Below, piece by piece: positions 54,799-63,124 of a DNA stretch of 64,000 bases; positions within the stretch are counted from its first letter, which is position 1; each line of letters begins with the position of its first letter. The translations under genes and the position numbers were made by a program. Where the stretch lies: the IMG/VR virus record IMGVR_UViG_2936072512_000001, positions 15,611-79,610 of that record. One strand, 5' to 3'. The stretch comes from a virus. Taxonomy: Duplodnaviria > Caudoviricetes. Below the pieces are notes generated by a model. That model did no database searches and was not told where the DNA came from. It saw only the letters and a list, made by a program, of their open reading frames with translations.

Positions 54799-57006
54799 GT
54801 GGCGATCAACGTGGGCCAGCTGTTCGCCACCATCGAGCTGCGCGACCAGCTCACGCTGCGGCTCGCGGCCACCCTGCTGGGCCTGCGCCGCGCCGAGTCC
54901 ACGATCGGGCGGCGCACCAGCCGCATCGACAACCAGTTCGTGCGCCTGGCCGCCTCAGTCACCGCCTCGGGCGCGGCCATGGCGGTCGGCATCACCGCCT
55001 CGGCCGCGCGGATCGGGGTGGGGCTGGCCAGCTCGGCCGCGAAGGTGTCGCTGTTCGGAGCGGCGGCGGCCGGGGCGACGCACGCGGTGCTCGCGCTCGG
55101 CGCCGGGCTGGCTCCGCTCGCGGGCGGCCTGGCGGCGGTGCCGGGCGCGGTCGCGCTCAGCGTCGCCGGGTTCGGGGCGCTCGGCCTGGCCCTGTACGGC
55201 ATCGCGGATGCGACCTCGGCCGCGTTCGGTGACGACCAGGACAAGCTCGACAAGGCGCTGGCGAAGCTGTCGCAGTCCGCCCGGGCGGCCATCCTGGAGG
55301 TGCGCGAGCTGCGGCCCGCGCTCGACGGCGTACGGCTCGCCTCGCAGGAGGCGTTCTTCGGCCAGCTCGCCGGCGCGGTGACCGCGCTCGCCGCCGCGCT
55401 GCTGGGGCCGCTGCATGCCGGGCTGTCGGGGGTCGCCTCCGACCTGGGGGCGGCGGCGCGCTCGGTGGTCGACTTCGTCCGCTCCTCCGACTCGGTGCGC
55501 GCGGTCGAGCAGGTTTTCGCCTCGACCAGGCACACGATCATCGCCCTGTCTCAGGCGCTGTGGCCGCTTCTGGGCGGTTTTCGCGACCTGACCGTGGTAG
55601 GCGCACAGTTCACCGCGTCGCTCGCCCCAGAGATCGCTCAGGCGCTTGCCCGCGTCGGGGTGTTCCTGTCGCAGGCTTCGGCTGACGGCCGGGCGTGGGC
55701 GTGGATGGTCGCCGCGGTGGAGACGCTGCGGCAGCTCGGCCGTATCGCGCTCGACGTGTGGCAGATCCTGTCGGGGCTGTTTGAGGCGATGCGTACGGCA
55801 GGCGGTGACGCCCTCGGCGTGCTCGGGGCGCTGGTGTCGTCGGTGGCCGACTTCGTCACCTCCGACGCCGGGCAGCAGGCGCTCGTCGCCGTGTTCGTCG
55901 CCCTGGCCCAGGCCGGTCAGGCGCTCGGGCCGGTGCTGGCCGCGCTCGTGGTCGGGGTCGGCCAGCTCGCGCCCGCCCTGGGCGGCCTTGCCTTGATTGT
56001 CGGCCCGATCCTGACCTCGGCGATTCAGGCTGTGGTGCCTGCGCTGGCGTCGCTGGAGCCCGGCATCGTCGCGATCTTGTCGGCGGTCGGGCGCGCGGTG
56101 GAGGTCCTCGGCCCGTCGCTGACGCTGCTCGGTGAGGCCGTCGCCGCGGCGATGGTGGCCGCGTCGCCGTTCGTCGACGAGCTGGCCGCCGCGATCGTCG
56201 CGCTGATGCCCGGCCTGATCGCGGTCGTCGTCAACGTCGGCCAGGTGTTCGCGGCGCTTGCGCCCGCCCTGGAGCCGGTCGGCACCGCCTTGGCGCAGAT
56301 CATGGTGGAGCTGGCTCCGCTGCTGCCCACGCTGGCCGACCTCGCGGCCCTGATCGTCACCCAGCTCGCCCCGTACGTGGTCGACCTGGCCAGCGTGCTG
56401 GCGGATCTGCTGCTGTCGGTCGCTCCGCTCCTGCCGCCGCTGCTGGACCTGGTGACCATGGTGTTGCCGCCGATGCTGGACCTGCTGCGCTCGATCGCGA
56501 CGCTGCTGCGCGGCGACTTCGCCTCAGCGCTCGGCTTCGCCGACCAGGCCGTGCTCGGCTTCCTGCGCGTCGTCGACAATCTCGGCTGGGCGCTGCTGAC
56601 CGGCCTGTGGAACGGGCTGGTCGCAGGCTATGACTGGATCAAGTCGCAGATCATCGGCTTCTTCTCCTCGATCCTGCCGGACTGGGTCCGGCAGGCGCTC
56701 GGCATCCAGTCGCCGAGCCGCGTGTTCGCCCAGATCGGCCGGTACACGATGCTCGGCCTGCGTGACGGCATGCTGGCCGGGCAGCGCCCGGTCCTGCAGG
56801 CGGCGCAGCGCATCTCCGACCGGCTGTCGGGCTCGTTCTCGCCCGACCTGTCGGGATCGGTCGCCTCCACGGGCGCACGGCTGTCGGCGCCGGGCCGCGG
56901 CCCGACGATGATCTTTCACGTGACGGCGGTCAACCCGCTGCCGGAGACCACGTCCGAGACGGTCAATCGAGGCCTGCAGATGGCCGGGGCTCTCGGCGTC
57001 GCCTAA
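54799..57006 (+). CDS. Tape measure-like protein 2
   Basis: 735 aa; GGAGG RBS; MAINVGQLFATIELRDQLT; ALGIQSPSRVF; C-terminus matches TMP1. Confidence 0.85.
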   Translation: MAINVGQLFATIELRDQLTLRLAATLLGLRRAESTIGRRTSRIDNQFVRLAASVTASGAAMAVGITASAARIGVGLASSAAKVSLFGAAAAGATHAVLALGAGLAPLAGGLAAVPGAVALSVAGFGALGLALYGIADATSAAFGDDQDKLDKALAKLSQSARAAILEVRELRPALDGVRLASQEAFFGQLAGAVTALAAALLGPLHAGLSGVASDLGAAARSVVDFVRSSDSVRAVEQVFASTRHTIIALSQALWPLLGGFRDLTVVGAQFTASLAPEIAQALARVGVFLSQASADGRAWAWMVAAVETLRQLGRIALDVWQILSGLFEAMRTAGGDALGVLGALVSSVADFVTSDAGQQALVAVFVALAQAGQALGPVLAALVVGVGQLAPALGGLALIVGPILTSAIQAVVPALASLEPGIVAILSAVGRAVEVLGPSLTLLGEAVAAAMVAASPFVDELAAAIVALMPGLIAVVVNVGQVFAALAPALEPVGTALAQIMVELAPLLPTLADLAALIVTQLAPYVVDLASVLADLLLSVAPLLPPLLDLVTMVLPPMLDLLRSIATLLRGDFASALGFADQAVLGFLRVVDNLGWALLTGLWNGLVAGYDWIKSQIIGFFSSILPDWVRQALGIQSPSRVFAQIGRYTMLGLRDGMLAGQRPVLQAAQRISDRLSGSFSPDLSGSVASTGARLSAPGRGPTMIFHVTAVNPLPETTSETVNRGLQMAGALGVA

Positions 57007-57337
57007 CCGGGCGGGCGCCGTCAGCCGGCCCGAGCCACCGGTAGATGAGGTCGCGCGACAACCCGGAGTTGGCGATGATCGCCTCCTTCGACACCGTGGG
57101 CCCCTTGCCGCGGCCCGCCGTGCCGGGCGTGCGGTGAGCGGCTTCGGCGGCGGCCTTCAGCCAGCGCATGACCTCCTGCTCCTGGCGGCGGGCGGCCTCG
57201 AGGTCGTCGCCGAGCAGCCGGAGGACCTCCAGCGCGGCGGCCTCGTCGGGGAAGTCGAAGATCGGTTCTTCGACCCAGCTCACCGAGTCGCTGTCGCCGT
57301 ACAGGTCGTCGGGGCCGGTGATGTGCCGGGGTTGCAT
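56963..57337 (-). CDS. Small HTH-like moron protein
   Basis: GGAGG RBS; SKEAIIANSGLSRDLIYRWL; upstream TAGACA-N18-TAACGT promoter-like sequence. Confidence 0.65.
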   Translation of the reverse strand: MQPRHITGPDDLYGDSDSVSWVEEPIFDFPDEAAALEVLRLLGDDLEAARRQEQEVMRWLKAAAEAAHRTPGTAGRGKGPTVSKEAIIANSGLSRDLIYRWLGPADGARPVRRRREPRPSAGLD

Positions 57338-57430
57338 GCCCGCCTCCACGAAGGTGTCTGACGGCGTACACGTTAGATGCCCGGGGCCATACCTGTCTAC
57401 TCGCAGACATCTTTCACCCTGGGGGTGGTT

Positions 57431-58300
57431 GTGCCGACGTACATCCTCGACGGCGTCGAGCTCGACCACCCGTCAGGCTGCTGGAAGCTCGCCCCCGGCA
57501 CCCGGCGTCGCCCGCTGCCGGGCGTGCGCTCAGTCGAGCTCACCCTGCCCGGCAGGGCGGGCGAGGTGCCCATCATGGGCCTGGACCACGAGACCACCCA
57601 GTTCGCCCTGGAGTTCAAGATCACGTCGCGGACCCCGTCCGGGGGCGACGGCGGGTTCGAGCAGCTGGAGGCCAACCTGGAGGCGCTGTCGGCGCTGCTC
57701 GGGGTCCGCCACCGGCTGATGACCCTGGAGTACGTGGCGGGCACCCTCACCCGGGTCGCCCAGGTGACCGTCACCGCCACCTCCGAGCCCGACCTGAAGA
57801 TCGGAGCGCTGCGCGCCCGCCTGACCGCCGTCGTCCGCGTCCCCGGCGTCTACTGGCGCGACGAGATCGAATCCACCTGGACCGGCAGCGCGAACACCGC
57901 CGACCAGCCGGTGACAACTCTCGCCGGCAGTACGGCGCCGGTCACGGACGCGCTGATCCGCTACACCGGCCCGGCCGTGACGCCCACGCTGGTCGACGTG
58001 GCCACCGGCGACACCATCAGCCGCGCCTCGGGCCTGCTCGCCTCCGAACGGCTCATCATCGACTGCGCCGCGATGCGCGCCAGCAAGGTCACCACCGACA
58101 CCTGGGACATCAACGCCGGTACGGACGTGACCGGCTCCATCATCGCCACCGGCCCCGGCTCGGCGTTCCGCTGGCTGAACCTCACCCCGGCGATGGCCGT
58201 GGGCGACCCGCACTCGCGCGCCGTCCTGCTGACGACGTCGGCCACTTCGACCACGGGCGCATCCAAGGTCGAGGTCCGCGCGCGCCGCGCCTACCTGTGA
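57431..58300 (+). CDS. Distal tail (Dit-like) protein
   Basis: After tape measure; LPGRAG, PGVYWRD, GSTAPVTDA, ends RRAYL. Confidence 0.8.
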   Translation: MPTYILDGVELDHPSGCWKLAPGTRRRPLPGVRSVELTLPGRAGEVPIMGLDHETTQFALEFKITSRTPSGGDGGFEQLEANLEALSALLGVRHRLMTLEYVAGTLTRVAQVTVTATSEPDLKIGALRARLTAVVRVPGVYWRDEIESTWTGSANTADQPVTTLAGSTAPVTDALIRYTGPAVTPTLVDVATGDTISRASGLLASERLIIDCAAMRASKVTTDTWDINAGTDVTGSIIATGPGSAFRWLNLTPAMAVGDPHSRAVLLTTSATSTTGASKVEVRARRAYL

Positions 58301-58312
58301 TCTGGAGCGCGA

Positions 58313-59023
58313 ATGATCACGATGCTGACGTCGCCGTCCCTGGTCTCCGCCATGACCACCACCGGCGTGAGCACGGCCTCCTTCGCTCCTCCCGAAGGGG
58401 CGTTCCTGGTGGCGTGCGTGATGAGCAAGTACGACGCGTCGGTGGCGCTGACCAACACCGGGTCGGCGCTTTCGTGGACCATGCGAGCCCAGTCGATCAA
58501 CTCCAATGGCATCGCAGCCATCTACACCGCGCCCGCCATCGCCCAGTCCATGACCGTCACCGGCACCATGGACTTCATCGGCAGTCCCGGCAACTCGCAA
58601 GGCATCGCGCTCAAGGTCAACGTGCTGGGCGGCGTCGACATCAGCAACCCCATCGGCGCGACCGGCGACGTGACCAGCTTGGGCGTGCAGAACTGGACGT
58701 TCAACGCCTACACCTCCACCAAGGCCGATTCGTGGGGGTTCTGCGCCGCAGCCGACGACTACCAGACCGCCACCCCGACCTCCACCGACGTCAACGAGCC
58801 GTTCAACCAGTCGGGCGCCGGCTACCTGTCCGGCATGGCGATGCGCAAGGCCTCCGCGACCGCCTCAGCGGGCACGGCGGTGAGCTTCAACATCCAGACG
58901 GGCGGCGTGTCGACGAGCACCCGCTGGGCGACCTGCGCGGTGGAGGTCCTCGCCGCCGTCGACGGCCTTGGGCACCGCGCCACCTTGTCCAGGGCGGCCG
59001 TCCATCGCGCGGCAGCGTGGTGA
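58313..59023 (+). CDS. Beta-rich putative virion adhesin, paralog of 40177-40881
   Basis: Collinear similarity; ends RAAVHRAAAW. Confidence 0.7.
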   Translation: MITMLTSPSLVSAMTTTGVSTASFAPPEGAFLVACVMSKYDASVALTNTGSALSWTMRAQSINSNGIAAIYTAPAIAQSMTVTGTMDFIGSPGNSQGIALKVNVLGGVDISNPIGATGDVTSLGVQNWTFNAYTSTKADSWGFCAAADDYQTATPTSTDVNEPFNQSGAGYLSGMAMRKASATASAGTAVSFNIQTGGVSTSTRWATCAVEVLAAVDGLGHRATLSRAAVHRAAAW

Positions 59024-59071
59024 ACGCCGCCTCCACTGCAGGCCCCCGCATTCAGAATTGACGACAGGAGC

Positions 59072-59608
59072 ATGATGACCAGCACCAACGAGCTCCCGCC
59101 CTTCGGCCAGCGCGGCATCTGCCAGACCTTCCCCACCTGGCTCATCAACCTCGAAACAATCACCCCGCCCGGCGACACCTACTCGGCGTACGCCGTCGAG
59201 ATGACGATCCCGGCGGGCCGCGTGTGTTCGTCGATGGCGGTGGCGTTGCGGACGATGCCCAACAGCACCGGCTGGTGGCGCGGCGCCCTCTACGAGAAGA
59301 TCGAGGGTCGGCTGACGCCGGTGGCCGTCACCGGCCGCGCCCCGGTCGGAAACGGTCAGACCTGGGCCACCGCCGCGCTGGTGCGGCCTCTCGAACCCGC
59401 CGAGGAGCCGCGCAGGGTGTACGCGGTGGTGGTCGTCGCCAACGTGGAGTACGCGGCGGTGAAGATGTACAAGCCCAGCAACGAGTACGAGTTCATGTAC
59501 TCCTGGGTCAACGTCGGGATGAAGGATGCCCCGGCCCTGCTGGAGCTCGGCTCCGAGGCCGGATGGCTGGGTAGCAACGCACTGCTCCCGCTCATCGCCC
59601 TCGACTGA
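59072..59608 (+). CDS. Hypothetical beta-rich protein
   Basis: AGGAG RBS; high GC3. Confidence 0.65.
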   Translation: MMTSTNELPPFGQRGICQTFPTWLINLETITPPGDTYSAYAVEMTIPAGRVCSSMAVALRTMPNSTGWWRGALYEKIEGRLTPVAVTGRAPVGNGQTWATAALVRPLEPAEEPRRVYAVVVVANVEYAAVKMYKPSNEYEFMYSWVNVGMKDAPALLELGSEAGWLGSNALLPLIALD

Positions 59609-59810
59609 GACACCTAGGCGACCGCCTAGTCACACGCCTAGGCGGCTAACTAGCTAACGAGAAAGACGCTTAGGAATCTAACTGGGATTGCTAACAGCAG
59701 GAACATAATCTAGAACGTTAGGTTCGTAAGAATGCAGACGGCGATATCCTAAGGAAGAAACCAGTCACGGTTAACTTCGTGGAATCCAGCAGTCTTGATA
59801 GACTGGACGG

Positions 59811-59910
59811 GAAATAGGAGAGACCCCCGCGTTTGCCGGTCAGCTTCACGCGGAGGTCTCTATGTTGGCGGTACCCTCACCTGGGCTTACGCTTAGGTGA
59901 GGGGCCCGTT
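59811..59910 (+). ncRNA. Candidate antisense RNA
   Basis: TTCGTG-N17-TAGACT promoter-like sequence (59776-59804); hairpins at 59819-59861 and 59874-59903. Confidence 0.3.
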
Positions 59911-60003
59911 CCTCATGATCCATTCAAGGACGAGCAGCAGCAGCTGGCAGAGCAGCAGACGGTCAGCTCCATCGTCACTGGGTAACTCCATCTTGGACCC
60001 CAT
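59893..60003 (-). CDS. 36-aa hydrophobic peptide, candidate type I toxin
   Basis: SD AAGGGGGGTGA; MGSKMELPSDDGADRLLLCQLLLLVLEWIMRNGPLT. Confidence 0.45.
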   Translation of the reverse strand: MGSKMELPSDDGADRLLLCQLLLLVLEWIMRNGPLT

Positions 60004-60229
60004 CTTCAATCACCCCCCTTCTCGACCGCTTGTTGATCACATGCGCGGCCGTAGCAAATAACCCTACCTTTCTTTTCATCGCCTGCAACCTGCCGGGCCT
60101 CTTCGGCCGAATTCGCTCGGACGCGGAGATCACTAATACGGGCAGTTCTGCGCAGGCGGCACGGGTCAATGGCGCTGACCTGACGTAGGCCCCTTGATCG
60201 CCCAGAGGCATGAAGGGGGTACTGTCTCG

Positions 60230-62962
60230 ATGCTTGTGTTGCGGTTGGCGATCTACGAGCCGAACGGCACCCGGACCGGCGTGCTGCCGTACCCGCTCGG
60301 GCTGCAGGTGGCGCAGCCGCTCAACGACGTGCCCGCGCTCCGCCTGACGTTCTCGGCGGCGGCCGGGACGCAGCTGGCGGGCGGGCCGTGCGAGGTCGGT
60401 GTCGAGTGGAGCGACGACGACGGCCAGACCTGGACCGAGGCCTACGACGGCCGGTTCGTGTCCATCAAGCGGCGCTCCGAGCTCGCCGACCGCGCCGCCG
60501 TGCAGGCGCTGGAGTTGCCCGGCTACGTGTGGCTGCTGCGCAAGATGCTGCTCTACCTGGGCAGCGCCGACCTCGTCGATGGCAAGCGTCCGTTCCTGTC
60601 GGCCACGCCTGGGTCGATCCTGCAGACGATGTTGCAGGAAGGGCAGGCGCGCGGCGTGCTGCCCGAGCTCGACTGGGACTTCTCGCCCACCCTCGACTCG
60701 GGCGGCCTGGCCTGGGCCAAGGTGCTCACCATCTACTACGAGCCCGGCATCGATGCCCTCACCATGCTCATCAACCTCGCCGAGCAGGGCGTCCTCGACT
60801 TCCGCATGACCGGCCGCACCCTGCAGGTGTTCAACGCCGACAGCATGCTCAACCGCAACCTGACCACGCTCGACCCGGCCGTCGACCTGCGCCTGGGCCG
60901 CGAGGTCGTCGAAGCGCCGGACGAAGGCACGTGGGAGGACACCGCCAACGCCGTGCTGGTGACCGGCGACCAGGGCATCGCCCAGCAGTGGGTCGACGCT
61001 GGTAACCCGTCGCCGTGGGGCCGGTGGGAGATCCACGTCGGCCAGGGTGGCGTGTCCGACCCGGTCACCATGGGCGTGCTCGCCCAGGCGACGCTGGCCC
61101 GCTCCGCGCGGGAGAAGGTGCAGCGCACCCGCGGGCTCCTCCTCGGACCGCAGGCCCGGTTCGCGCCGTGGCGCGACTTCCGGCCCGGTGACACCCTGTC
61201 GGCGCCCGGCGAGGCCGGCCTGCAGCAGGCGCTGCGCGTCCGCCAGGTCACCGTGACCCGCGACGACAAGGGCGTGCTCGGCGGCTCCGTCGTCCTGCAC
61301 GACCGCTTTCTCGACCGCGCGGTACGGCTCGCCCGGCGCACGCAGGGCATCCTCGGCGGGTCGACCGCGTCCGGAGGAACCGGAGCGAGGCCTGCGCCGC
61401 CCGCGCCCGCGCCGCGCACCCCGGCCGCTCCGACCGGCCTGGTCGTCGACGCCGACGCCTACCTGGATGAGCACGGCTACGCCCGCGGCCTCGTGGTGGC
61501 GACGTGGGGCGCGGTCACGCAGGACATCGGCGGGGTGGCGCTGGACCCGGACGGCTACGAGCTGTTCGCCCGCCGCGACGTGCCCGGACAGCCGTGGTTT
61601 CTGCTGGCGGCCACGCAGGCAGGCGACACCGACGCCGCGCGCGGCCCGCTGCCGGTGGGGGAGTCGTGGGCGTTCAAGGTGCGCGCCGTCTACCTGGGCA
61701 AGAAGTCGGCGTTCTCGTCCGTGGTGACCGTGGCCATCCCCGACGACCCGGACGCGCCGCCCACGCCGTCGACGCCCGGCCTCGAGTCACGGCTCGGCGT
61801 CGTGCACGTCGCATGGGACGGGCTCGGCTCGCTCGGCGAGGGCATGCCGGCCGACTTCTCGCACGTGATCGTGGAGATGCAGGACCCACTCGCGCCCGGC
61901 TGGGCGCCGGTCGGGACGCTCCCGGCCGCGGGCGCGCTGGTGGTGCCCGGCCTGCCGTACGGCTCCGACCGCGACTTCCGACTGATCAGCGTGGACCACT
62001 CCGGCAACACCTCAGCGGCCTCGGCCGTCGCGACGATCGCCGCGGTGCAGCTGGTGTCCGGCGACGCGGCAGCCTCCTCGATCCAGACCGGGCACCTGGC
62101 GGCCAACGCCGTCACCGCCGACAAGATCGCCGCAGGGCAGGTGACCGCCGCCAAGCTCGAAGCCGTGATGACGCTCACCACGCGCCTGGTCGCCGGCGAC
62201 CCGGGCGCCGCGCGGGTCGAGCTGAACGCGGGCGGCCTGGAGGCCTTCGACGCGGGCGGCATGCAGACCGTCGACATCTCCTCCACCGGGCAGGTGTCGA
62301 TCGTCGGCAGCCTGGCCTCGGGCGTGGCCGGTGACCGTGTCCTGATCAACCCGCCCGGCTCGCCGTTCCCGGAGATCCGGTTCATCCCGTCATCGGCGAC
62401 GACCAACTACTCCAAGATCTACTCCAACGCGCTCACCTACCCCGGCGAGGCGACCATGGTCATGGAGTCCGGCGTGAACACCGGGGGCACGGCGGTCACG
62501 CAGGTCGTGCACGCCGCCTCGGAGTACCGGGTGTGGGTGCTGCGCCCGTCCGACCACGCCCAGCGCGGCGCATACCTGAGGCTCGATGAGGGCCAGGCGC
62601 TGCTGGGCTGGACGCACCCGACGAACGGCACCCAGCAGCTGCGCATCTCGGAGGCGTCGACCTCCCACCTGGGCAGGTGGACGCACGCCTCCAACAGCAA
62701 CGCCGGGCTGATCATGTTCGAGGCGACGGTGACGCGCGGCGCGACCTACTACGTGGTGTCGTGGCCCGCGACGATGGCGTCCACCCCGCACATGGTGTGG
62801 TCGGCGCGCGTCGGCGCGGCGGCTCCGTTCGCGCAGGCGCCCACGGACCTGCACCTGTACACGCGCAACACGGTCAACGCGCAGTTCTACTCGCCGACCG
62901 CCGCGGCGTCGGGCACTCCGCCGACGATCACGTTCACGATCTGGGCCTGGCGGCCCGCGTAG
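60230..62962 (+). CDS. Tail tip / Tal-hub protein 1 with FN3-like domains
   Basis: GAAGGGGG RBS, ATG at 60230; hub-like N-terminus, PAAPTGL / PPTPSTP FN3 starts, LAANAVTADKIAAG repeats. Confidence 0.85.
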   Translation: MLVLRLAIYEPNGTRTGVLPYPLGLQVAQPLNDVPALRLTFSAAAGTQLAGGPCEVGVEWSDDDGQTWTEAYDGRFVSIKRRSELADRAAVQALELPGYVWLLRKMLLYLGSADLVDGKRPFLSATPGSILQTMLQEGQARGVLPELDWDFSPTLDSGGLAWAKVLTIYYEPGIDALTMLINLAEQGVLDFRMTGRTLQVFNADSMLNRNLTTLDPAVDLRLGREVVEAPDEGTWEDTANAVLVTGDQGIAQQWVDAGNPSPWGRWEIHVGQGGVSDPVTMGVLAQATLARSAREKVQRTRGLLLGPQARFAPWRDFRPGDTLSAPGEAGLQQALRVRQVTVTRDDKGVLGGSVVLHDRFLDRAVRLARRTQGILGGSTASGGTGARPAPPAPAPRTPAAPTGLVVDADAYLDEHGYARGLVVATWGAVTQDIGGVALDPDGYELFARRDVPGQPWFLLAATQAGDTDAARGPLPVGESWAFKVRAVYLGKKSAFSSVVTVAIPDDPDAPPTPSTPGLESRLGVVHVAWDGLGSLGEGMPADFSHVIVEMQDPLAPGWAPVGTLPAAGALVVPGLPYGSDRDFRLISVDHSGNTSAASAVATIAAVQLVSGDAAASSIQTGHLAANAVTADKIAAGQVTAAKLEAVMTLTTRLVAGDPGAARVELNAGGLEAFDAGGMQTVDISSTGQVSIVGSLASGVAGDRVLINPPGSPFPEIRFIPSSATTNYSKIYSNALTYPGEATMVMESGVNTGGTAVTQVVHAASEYRVWVLRPSDHAQRGAYLRLDEGQALLGWTHPTNGTQQLRISEASTSHLGRWTHASNSNAGLIMFEATVTRGATYYVVSWPATMASTPHMVWSARVGAAAPFAQAPTDLHLYTRNTVNAQFYSPTAAASGTPPTITFTIWAWRPA

Positions 62963-62971
62963 AGGGGGCCT

Positions 62972-63124
62972 GTGCGCGAGCTGCCGATTTCCAACGAGGC
63001 GATCATCGCGGCCCTGCGGCGCAGGATCGACCAGCTCATCTACGAGAACGCCATGCTGCAGGCCGCCGTCGACCAGATGCACGCGGGGGAGGAGGGCAGC
63101 CATGCAGGTGATCATCCCGCCTGA
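62972..63124 (+). CDS. 50-aa coiled-coil protein
   Basis: GAGGGGG RBS; IIAALRRRIDQLIYENAMLQAAV. Confidence 0.6.
   Translation: MRELPISNEAIIAALRRRIDQLIYENAMLQAAVDQMHAGEEGSHAGDHPA

Noticed and set aside
51826-57006. Tape-measure duplication as an assembly artefact or one split gene
   Set aside because: The copies differ throughout in sequence, and each has its own RBS, N-terminal motif and C-terminal motif.
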